This document shows positions 19,881 through 27,959 of a stretch of 64,000 nucleotides of DNA, piece by piece. The DNA comes from Methanobacteriota archaeon (GTDB taxonomy: Archaea > Thermoplasmatota > E2 > DHVEG-1), in contig CAVYNH010000004.1 in assembly GCA_963769885.1 (NCBI GenBank), positions 288,001-352,000 of the forward strand. The letters run 5' to 3'. The notes under the pieces were generated by a model, which was not told where the DNA came from, ran no database searches, and saw nothing but the letters and a program-made list of their open reading frames with translations. A program made the position numbers and the translations under genes. Every line of letters begins with the position of its first letter. Position 1 is the first letter of the stretch.

Positions 19881-21362
19881 TTATTGAACAATCATGTTCG
19901 CTGAGGATTTGCCGGCGAGAGCCTGCCTGCCCTTCTCAGTTATGTACACGGCCTTGGACCGGCCGTACTTCTTCACGAAGACCAACCCCAAGGACTCCAG
20001 CATCCGCAGCTTGATCGTCGTCGTCGAATAGGCGATGACAAACTTCATCCGAATCTTTTTGAACGAAACGACCACGTTGCTTTGATTTTGCTCGTACACG
20101 TACCGGAGGATTGCGACCAGGGAATCATCAATCTCCACCGGGGCCTCGACCTGCGACGGCAGGACGTGAAGCTCATGGCTGAGGAGCGCCCGCTCCCGCT
20201 CAGAGAAGAAGACGGGGTCCGCCTGCACGAACAGGATGGCGTTCGTTTCAGAGATCGCCTCGGTCGCCTTGTAGATGAACCGGAGAAACTCATCAAAGGA
20301 GAATCGACTGATCAGGTAGTCGACCCGGGACAGCAGGATTACACAGTTCTTCCGATGTCTGATGAACTCCTTGATCACGGCCAGCATCTCCTCCAGCGTC
20401 GACACCGCCTCAGGACCGCGTTTCATTTCCTTGATGAGGCGGACTTGAACGCCCTCCAGGGGAAGCCCAAAGAGCGTCTCCGGGGAATTCACCCGTGTCA
20501 TCAACAACCCATGGCTATCGGTCCTGGTCAGGGAGAAGAACGGATGGTTTGCCGTGAGCGGCGGCCGCTCGAAGCTAATATAAGCCCGGCCCTTGAGAAG
20601 CTCCTGGTGCCGCTTCTGCTCCGCCGTGATATCCTCAGCGAGAAGCACAAGACTGAGGTCCGTGTCGCTTGCCTGGGTGAGGAAGGAATGCCTCAGGCCG
20701 AGAACGCACTCCACGCCGTTTATATCTCGGATACAGATCTCCTGCAACGACACCTTCTTCCCATGAAAGACCGCGTCGATTTCCTCGGCCAGCAGTTTTG
20801 GGTCACTGAAGACGCCGCATTCCTCCACCCTCTTCCGCATGATGTCTCGCTGCCGGACACCAGTAATCCGCTCAATGGTTTTGTTCCACAGGAAAATCCG
20901 GTGCGTCTGGTCGATGGAGATAATCACGTTGGACGCATTGCCGATGATGTTGTTAAGCTGACTACGGTACTGCAGCAGCTGTGTCTCCATCAGATGCTTG
21001 TAGACGGCGATCTCGATGTTGCTTTGCAGCTCGTGGTCTTCCACGGGCTTGATAATGTAACCGTACGGCTCGGTGATTTTCGCACGGCTCAGTGTTTTGG
21101 TATCCGTGTACGCCGTCAGGAACACCACCGGGATCCTATACAGGATTCTGATTTGCTTTGCCGCTTCGATGCCGTCCATGTCACCGCCGAGTTGGATTTC
21201 CATGAGGATGACATCAGGGTGAAGGTCCTTCGCCTTTTGCACCGCCTCCTGACCGGAGGTCGCGATGCCGGGAACCCTGTACCCGAGTTTCTCAAGACGT
21301 TTTTTGATGCTGGCGGCGATGATGAGCTCGTCCTCGACGAGTAGGACTCGGATTTTTTCCAT
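19881..21362 (-). CDS. Response regulator: REC-PAS-DUF835-winged HTH
   Basis: VLLVEDE, FLTAY, YIIKP REC motifs; PAS domain; DUF835-like segment; C-terminal KKYGRSKAVYITEKG wHTH. Confidence 0.88.
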   Translation of the reverse strand: MEKIRVLLVEDELIIAASIKKRLEKLGYRVPGIATSGQEAVQKAKDLHPDVILMEIQLGGDMDGIEAAKQIRILYRIPVVFLTAYTDTKTLSRAKITEPYGYIIKPVEDHELQSNIEIAVYKHLMETQLLQYRSQLNNIIGNASNVIISIDQTHRIFLWNKTIERITGVRQRDIMRKRVEECGVFSDPKLLAEEIDAVFHGKKVSLQEICIRDINGVECVLGLRHSFLTQASDTDLSLVLLAEDITAEQKRHQELLKGRAYISFERPPLTANHPFFSLTRTDSHGLLMTRVNSPETLFGLPLEGVQVRLIKEMKRGPEAVSTLEEMLAVIKEFIRHRKNCVILLSRVDYLISRFSFDEFLRFIYKATEAISETNAILFVQADPVFFSERERALLSHELHVLPSQVEAPVEIDDSLVAILRYVYEQNQSNVVVSFKKIRMKFVIAYSTTTIKLRMLESLGLVFVKKYGRSKAVYITEKGRQALAGKSSANMIVQ

Positions 21363-21367
21363 GGTTT

Positions 21368-21578
21368 TCACCTCTTCCTCCTCTCTTTGCTCGGGAACCC
21401 GATGGTAAAGACTGCTCCATTCGACCGGCCCAAGTCGATGGTCTCATGCAGCTGGCTGATGAGGATATTCACCAGTTGGAGCCCCAAGGGTTTTCGCGGC
21501 CCGGAAATCCAGCCCGGGTGGGAAACCCAACGCTGCCGTCACCAGCACCGAGATTAGCGCGTACTCAGAGTGATTTAT
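21368..21578 (-). pseudogene. Relic of a histidine kinase HATPase_c C-terminus
   Basis: Across frameshifts reads ...GDGSVGFP/PGLDFRAAKTLG/LQLVNILISQLHETIDLGRSNGAVFTIGFP, the G1/G2-box ending typical of HisKA_2-type kinases. Confidence 0.75.
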
Positions 21579-21635
21579 CGCACACGAGAAAACACACAGG
21601 ACCTATAAAAGCCAACGCCCCAGGAGAAATCCTGA

Positions 21636-21962
21636 CTAACATCCGCCCTGCACATATCTCGCATGATGCTCCCACGCCTCCTGCGCCCGCTGCAGCTCCC
21701 GGCCCAGATACAGATAATGCGTCGCCAACAAGGGCGGCACCCGCTTCTCGATCGTATCGCATAACGCGTCCGCCCGCGTCCCCGTAAACACCATCTCCAA
21801 CCGACCAGACACGATCCGCCCCCCACGAACCACGTTCGAATAGAACTCCACCCGAATCCCACCCTTCGCTGCCTCAATCACGAAGAACCCCGCGGGATCT
21901 AATATTACATCCTTCTGCGCGGTCTTGCGCGCCGCATACGACGGCACCTCCCTATCCACCAT
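21636..21962 (-). CDS. DUF4346 domain protein
   Basis: LDPAGFFVI ... HYLYLGRELQRA signature. Confidence 0.85.
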   Translation of the reverse strand: MVDREVPSYAARKTAQKDVILDPAGFFVIEAAKGGIRVEFYSNVVRGGRIVSGRLEMVFTGTRADALCDTIEKRVPPLLATHYLYLGRELQRAQEAWEHHARYVQGGC

Positions 21963-22851
21963 ACACCCTCACCTTCGCCTCCTGCAAATTCCTCAATTTA
22001 TGAAACGCAACCTCACGCGGCAACATCCGCAGCCCGCAATCCGGCGCCACCTGCACCACCCGACACCCGAACACCTCCTCCGCCCGCTCCAAATGACTGG
22101 CAATCTCCTCAACAGCCTCCACCCGCGCATCATCCGCCCGCACCGCCCCCACACACATCCCCTTCTCCGACGGATACTCCCGAAACGTCGCAAACAACTT
22201 TGGTGATGCCGCAAACTCATGCGACAACACATCCACCGGCATCCCCACCAACCGCCCCACAATCCCAGAGACGTTCCCGCACACATGCAGCCGCATCGGA
22301 CACGCCACCCCCCGACTCACGATCCCGATCGCCTCCTCCGCATACTCCGGCAGCTCATTGCTGAACCACGGCTCATCCACACTCACCATATCCACAAACC
22401 ACGACAACGCCGCCGCCTCCTGCCGCAACGCCTCCGCAAACGCCAGACAGCACGCCCGCTCATCACGATAAAACGAATCCACACACGACTTCATCAACGT
22501 AAACGGCCCCGTCACCACCCCCAGCACCTTCACCGACGGCCCCACCACTCGACGCACCACCTCCGCGTCCCGCACCGTGATTCCCCCACAATACTCAATC
22601 GGACCCACCACCTCGGTCCGCGCCCGCACCCGACAGCCGCCCAGCCGCCGCGCGAACAACTGCACGAACGGATCCCGCGTCTGCCCATCAGACACCAGCT
22701 CGATGCCCGCCTCCACCATATCACCCACCGCGTCCACGATATACGGGTTCCACGACACCTCCTCCCCAGCGAAGTACTGCGCCATCAACTCCATCGGCGG
22801 CACCACGACCGGATACGACCCGACGACGCTGCTCAATACGCACCGACTCAT
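21952..22851 (-). CDS. Core (single-barrel) MetE-family methionine synthase, probable methylcobamide:homocysteine methyltransferase
   Basis: VVGSYP, SDGQTR, TGPFTL, DEP motifs; Zn ligands HxC, E and PDCGLR; 299 aa with no N-terminal barrel. Confidence 0.88.
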   Translation of the reverse strand: MSRCVLSSVVGSYPVVVPPMELMAQYFAGEEVSWNPYIVDAVGDMVEAGIELVSDGQTRDPFVQLFARRLGGCRVRARTEVVGPIEYCGGITVRDAEVVRRVVGPSVKVLGVVTGPFTLMKSCVDSFYRDERACCLAFAEALRQEAAALSWFVDMVSVDEPWFSNELPEYAEEAIGIVSRGVACPMRLHVCGNVSGIVGRLVGMPVDVLSHEFAASPKLFATFREYPSEKGMCVGAVRADDARVEAVEEIASHLERAEEVFGCRVVQVAPDCGLRMLPREVAFHKLRNLQEAKVRVYGG

Positions 22852-23756
22852 GGGGACAGCACCCTCCGCGGATGCCGCACCGCCGGGCAGACCCCGAAGT
22901 ACGCCTCTGTATACTCGGACACGACCATGTCGAACCAGGCCATCAACGGCACCACCACGGGAGCATGGACGATCGGGCCGAAGACCGCGAAATCACCGCC
23001 GAACAAGGCGACCCCCGCGTTCGACGCCGCATCCACCACGTCCTTCACATCCCCATACCGATGTAGCCATTTCGACTTCTCCACGACGTTATGGATCGCG
23101 CAGCCTGCAGGCAGCCCGTACTCCTCCTTGATGACCGGCAGCGACGCCAGCGCGGCCCCGCTGTTCTGCCCCGGCGCAAGCGCCGCGGTGTCCACCAGAA
23201 TCTTCTTCAGCCCCAGCGAGGATGCGACCGCCAGCAGCCCGCTTTCGATGAGGTGGGCCCCGTTTTCGAGGACTTCAACCCGCCCATCAGGGGATGAATC
23301 CTTGGGGTTGAACGCGACGATGATCGCCATCGCCGGCGGATGCGCCTTCAACGCCTCGCGTTCCGGTGCGGTTATCCCGATGTGCAGCGAATTATAGATT
23401 GTCCGGTCCAACAACCCGTGATCGCGTAGTGCCTCCAACGCCTTGACCTTGATCGCCGGTTCGATGACATCCACAGAGAACGGATGCCCGTCCGGGAGAT
23501 GCTGTTCCAGGAAATCAAGGATCGGCTCGAGGTACTCCTCCTTGCGGATGAAGACATCCGGGATTGTCGGCATCCCGGTCTCCTCGCCTGCCCGCAGCAT
23601 CGCCGCAAGCTGCGGAGCCGCGGCCGAGAAATGAGGCGCCCCTTTGAAGAATAGACCGCCGAACAACACCGTGGGATGCTCCCCCGGCTGTCCTCCAAAA
23701 TAAATCCCGCCGATCTCCATGACCTGCTGAGCCTTCGTAAACGAATACACCCTCAC
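22848..23756 (-). CDS. mtrH: Methyl-pterin:corrinoid methyltransferase MtrH/MtxH-like
   Basis: FGGQPGEHPTVLFG, IYNS, KEEYGLPAGCAIHN, GDFAVFGPI motifs. Confidence 0.9.
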   Translation of the reverse strand: MRVYSFTKAQQVMEIGGIYFGGQPGEHPTVLFGGLFFKGAPHFSAAAPQLAAMLRAGEETGMPTIPDVFIRKEEYLEPILDFLEQHLPDGHPFSVDVIEPAIKVKALEALRDHGLLDRTIYNSLHIGITAPEREALKAHPPAMAIIVAFNPKDSSPDGRVEVLENGAHLIESGLLAVASSLGLKKILVDTAALAPGQNSGAALASLPVIKEEYGLPAGCAIHNVVEKSKWLHRYGDVKDVVDAASNAGVALFGGDFAVFGPIVHAPVVVPLMAWFDMVVSEYTEAYFGVCPAVRHPRRVLSP

Positions 23757-24319
23757 TCACCTCTTTTCCTAACCCGACCCCGGGCGTCAATCATGATCCG
23801 CGCATGCAACGCCCGCGCGTCCCCAAGGCCGACTGTGGCCTCCGGCTTAATCCGAATCGCAATGTACGGTTCGCCGAACAAGGGCGGCGCCCGCTGATGA
23901 AGCTCTACGATCTGTTCGGACAACCGTCCCGGGTCCACGACCCCCACACAGTCCACGGTCTCTATCTGCTCGCGGAAACGGTTGATGGCCTCCTGTGTGA
24001 TGTTCTCGATGTACGGGATCGCCCCTGGCGCCTGGATGATCCGATGGTGTTCGTCGATGCCATGGCGGTGCAACGCCAGCAGCGACGCCCCGGACCGATG
24101 CCCGCGGATCTCCTCGCCGCAGACGACGACGTAGCGGATATGCGGGTTGGAGATTACGTTCGCCACGACCTTTTCGATGCCGATATTCTCCGTCTTCAGC
24201 CGCCCATAGATCGCCACGTCCGACGGAGGAGCGTACTCGATATTGAGCAGCACCACGGCGACGCAGCCGGTTGACGGGCCTGTCGTGAACTCACCGCCCC
24301 ATGGATAGTACTCGGTCAT
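23753..24319 (-). CDS. mtrA: Soluble corrinoid protein MtrA/MtxA-like
   Basis: KTENIGIEKVVANVISNPHIRY, EIRGH (Co-ligating His), GAIPYIEN; no C-terminal TM helix. Confidence 0.92.
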   Translation of the reverse strand: MTEYYPWGGEFTTGPSTGCVAVVLLNIEYAPPSDVAIYGRLKTENIGIEKVVANVISNPHIRYVVVCGEEIRGHRSGASLLALHRHGIDEHHRIIQAPGAIPYIENITQEAINRFREQIETVDCVGVVDPGRLSEQIVELHQRAPPLFGEPYIAIRIKPEATVGLGDARALHARIMIDARGRVRKRGE

Positions 24320-24353
24320 GACTGACGGAGACTGATAACGAAATCACAGGTTT

Positions 24354-24986
24354 TTAATCTGCCGAAGCAAGACAGTAGCAGATGATTTCCTCGGCGGCGA
24401 ACCACTGCCGCCCCACGATAGTCCCAGTAAGTCGACCTTGGCGAAACAAGGTGGTGACTACCTCCGGCGGCGACCGGGAGCTGATGATGGTATAGGCCCG
24501 TGCATTGGCAGTAAAGAACCGCCCGACGTCCTTAAGGAAGCGGCCGGTGACCGCAAGGCCGCCAGCCCCACCGCTCGTTGCCAAATCCAGCCATTGATCG
24601 AGCAATTCACCAGCAGGGGTCGGCACGTACGGGGGGTTGAAGACAATGAGGTCGAACCGTTCTCTGGGTCGGACGACGGTGAAGAGGTCACCGAGGCGAA
24701 CGTCCATGATCCCAATGATGCGGGACTGGTTTCGTATAAGGTTCTGCCGGCAGTTCTCCACAGCGTGCGGGTTGCAGTCGCTGGCGACGACGCGGGCGCC
24801 GGCGTGGGCGCAGGCCAGCGCGATGATGCCGCAGCCGGTGCCCAGCTCGAGGACCGCCTCCTGCGGCCGCGGATGGATATTCTCGAGGAGGAGGAAGGTG
24901 TCTTCGGCAGGGTCGTAAACCCTAGGGTCGACGTCGATCATCAAACCCTGGTACGAGAAGGCCTTCGGGTGCGCTTGTTCACGCAT
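24354..24986 (-). CDS. HemK2/PrmC-type SAM-dependent protein methyltransferase
   Basis: VYDPAEDTFLL, LELGTGCG, FNPPY motifs. Confidence 0.88.
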   Translation of the reverse strand: MREQAHPKAFSYQGLMIDVDPRVYDPAEDTFLLLENIHPRPQEAVLELGTGCGIIALACAHAGARVVASDCNPHAVENCRQNLIRNQSRIIGIMDVRLGDLFTVVRPRERFDLIVFNPPYVPTPAGELLDQWLDLATSGGAGGLAVTGRFLKDVGRFFTANARAYTIISSRSPPEVVTTLFRQGRLTGTIVGRQWFAAEEIICYCLASAD

Positions 24987-25305
24987 TCCCCAGGATATTT
25001 TCTCAGGGTTATATAAGGACTCGCGAATTCGAAAAACAGAGAGGGAGAGAGGGGGTAGTCAGTAAATAGACAAATAATGAGGGAGCGGGGCTCATGGAAA
25101 CGGGTAGTCAAAGTCTAGGCTACGGTGTATTTTTGGAAGCTGTTGACGCCTATTTGGTCTCAGTTGAAACGCCAGCAAGTCGTGGAATGCACGGGAAGAC
25201 CGCCTGACTACCTTTTTTATAAGTAACGTTGGTAACAGATACGTTGATATATTTAAATAGGAAACAACAGTACGTACTTGTACTAAAGATTGGGGGAAAT
25301 TCGTC

Positions 25306-26971
25306 ATGAAGCATTCACTCGTTGCACTCGTCCTCGTCACGCTGATGCTGTGCAGTGCTGTCACAGGTACTGGGAAACCGAATCGCGCCTGAGGCCCGCG
25401 CCGTCACGGCTGACGATTGGTGGGCGCAGATGCACCACGACGCGGGGAACACCGGCAGCACGACCGCCGCAGGACCCACCACCTACCAACCGTACTGGCA
25501 GACCACGCTGATGGAAAGCATCACCGACGCGGTCCCACTCGTCGTCAACAACCGCGTCTACATCAACACCAACTCTTACTACAAAGATACGACGACGCAC
25601 CCGCTGACCCTGTTCGGTTCCACGCCGATGACCCCACAGCGGGTCCTCCAAAACCTTGAAGGCGGACCCGGCGCCGCCTACTGCCTCAACGCCACGACCG
25701 GCGTGCAAATCTGGCGCCACGCCGTCTACGCCCCCAACCACCCCGTCTACCTTAACGGCAAACTCTACTTCACGGACATGAACACGGGATCCTACACCGG
25801 CTACCTCTACTGCCTCAACGCCACGACTGGCACCCAGGTCAGCGCCACCCCCTTCGCCGGCGTCGGCACCAGCCCGACTATCACGGCTAACAGCAAGCTC
25901 TACTACGGTACCCTGGACCTCTACTCTATTACCAGCACCATCATCTGCGCTTCATCCTCCGGCACTACCCTCTGGACCTATTCTATCCCCGGCTACCAAG
26001 TGGTCTTCTCTGCCCCCGCCGTCGACAGCGGGAACCTCTACGTCATCTCCTGCGACCTCTACGGCTACTACTCTTATACCGGCACCCTGATCTGCCTGAA
26101 CGCAGACACGGGCGCCTACAAATGGTCCCACACCATCGGCACCTTGTTCTCCTATTACTACGTGGCCCCCACCCCCATCGCCTCCGCCGGCAAGGTCTAC
26201 GTCACCGACATCAACCTCTACGGCTACTACTCCTACATCCGCTGCTACGTCGGAAGCACCGGCGCGACCGCCTGGTCCTACCCCATCTACATGGGTGTCC
26301 CGATCGGCAACCTCGCCCTCTCCGACGGCGCTGTGTACGGTACCTATGCGGACTTAAACGCCTACGGCACAGACCTCATCAAACTCTACGCCACCAACGG
26401 CACTCGACAATGGACCACCCTGGTCACTGCCAACTCATACAGTCTTTTCGGTGGAACCATCTGCGGTGCAGACAACGTTCTCGTCACCTCCTCCGACGGT
26501 ACAACCGAGTACCCCAACATCATCATCACCCTCAACAAGACAAACGCCGACTATGTCTGGTCCTACACCCTCCCCTTCCAAATTCCAGGCGGCCTGTCGC
26601 TCTGCGGCGACACCCTCTATTTCGCGGGTATCGACGGCAGCGTCTATGCGGTCAAAGACCAGCTTAAAATCACCCGCTTCGCTGGAGGATTCCTCCGCGC
26701 CAAAGCCGTCCTCACCAACAACGGCCCTCACCCATTCACCACCATCACCTGGCTCTTCAACGTGAACGGCGGCTACTACGGAAAAATCAGCCTTTCGACC
26801 AACAGCACAATCTCCCTTATCAACGGCAGCCAAACCATAGTAGTCTCCATCGGACCAATCTTCGGCATCGGCAAGATCCACCTCGACTTCTTCGCCACCC
26901 CCCAAGGATGCTCACCTATGCGCCGTAGCGGTGAAGGGATCGTCTTCGGCCCCTTCATCCTCGCCCACTGA
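25306..26971 (+). pseudogene. Secreted PQQ-like beta-propeller protein, +1 frameshift just after the signal peptide (~25366-25377)
   Basis: ATG 25306 gives MKHSLVALVLVTLMLCSAVTG but stops after 28 aa; the body (WAQMHHD, CLNATTG repeats) is in the next frame. Confidence 0.8.
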
Positions 26972-27172
26972 ACACGCGCACCTAAACTCTTTGAAGAGTC
27001 ACCGTGATGCCCCGCGGTGAGGAGCCATTGAGCCTAGGCTGCTCTCATTGCACCTCAACCCCTCCTTCTTCGAGGAAAAGCAATACGTTTAATACAGGGT
27101 GACTTGATAACCCCCCTCAAGCCAACAGCGCCACGTCGGGGGTGAATATTTATCGCACTAGATCTAGCCTAT

Positions 27173-27433
27173 GTGGTTGAACTCGGGCCTCTGTTAGCAA
27201 CGCTTGTCTTCATCATCATCGCCATCGAACTCGACGACCTCATCAAAGCCACCATCTCCCTCGGCATCAGCAGCGCGATCCTCGCCGCCGTCTTCTTCAC
27301 CCTCAACGCTCCCTACGCCGCCGTCTTCGAACTCAGCGTCGCCGCCGGCCTCATCACCGTCCTGCTCCTCGCCGCCATCGGCCTCATCGAACGCACCCAA
27401 GAACCCACCCCACCCCGGGAGGAGAACCCATGA
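27173..27433 (+). CDS. Hydrogenase membrane subunit, MbhD/NuoJ N-terminal-like (DUF4040)
   Basis: Three TM segments, APYAAVFELSVAAG; first gene of the operon. Confidence 0.75.
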   Translation: MVELGPLLATLVFIIIAIELDDLIKATISLGISSAILAAVFFTLNAPYAAVFELSVAAGLITVLLLAAIGLIERTQEPTPPREENP

Positions 27434-27669
27434 CGGCCATCAAACCCTACATCACCTACGGCTTCGCCATCGTCCTCTTCCTCTTCATCATCATCACCTT
27501 CAACCGCCTCATCAGCGAAGGCATCCCCACCCCCACCGTCACCACCGGCCCCTTCTCCCAAGCGCTCTGGACCCAATGGGGCCTCGCCGTCCTCATCCTC
27601 GCCTTCATCGCACTAGCGGGCGCCGCAAGCGTCCTCGTCCTCCTCGGAGGTGGCTGGCGATGGGACTAG
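27430..27669 (+). CDS. Small hydrogenase membrane subunit (NuoJ C-terminal-like)
   Basis: Two TM segments; ATGA overlap with the previous gene. Confidence 0.65.
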   Translation: MTAIKPYITYGFAIVLFLFIIITFNRLISEGIPTPTVTTGPFSQALWTQWGLAVLILAFIALAGAASVLVLLGGGWRWD

Positions 27670-27953
27670 TCCTCGCAAACTACCTCATGTTCGCAGTCAT
27701 GATCCTGTTCCTAGGGCTCTACTGCCTCCTCACCAAAAAAAGCCTCATTAAAAGCGCCATCGGCATCAGCATCATGGTCAAAGGCGCCTCGCTAAGCTTC
27801 CTCGCCGCCGGCGGCGCCACCGCTCAGGCCATCGTCGTCCTCATCATCGTCATCGACGCCATCGTCGCCGCCATCCTGCTCAGCCTCGCCGTCAACGTCT
27901 ACCGCCGCACCGGCAGCCTCAGCATCGAAGAACTCCGGAAGCTCTGGGGGTGA
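27660..27953 (+). CDS. NuoK/MbhG-like membrane subunit
   Basis: GLYCLLTKKSLIK ... AQAIVV ... YRRTGSL. Confidence 0.8.
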   Translation: MGLVLANYLMFAVMILFLGLYCLLTKKSLIKSAIGISIMVKGASLSFLAAGGATAQAIVVLIIVIDAIVAAILLSLAVNVYRRTGSLSIEELRKLWG

Positions 27954-27959
27954 ACCACG

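Noticed and set aside
21371-21600. GC-rich intergenic region as a structured ncRNA or riboswitch
   Set aside because: Better explained as a histidine kinase relic
22848-24319. mtrA/mtrH as evidence of methanogenesis
   Set aside because: No mtrB-G or mcr genes in the window, MtrA lacks its membrane anchor, and the genes are coupled to a methionine synthase
25094-25207. 37-aa ORF METGSQSLGYG...
   Set aside because: No motif or compositional support; could be chance
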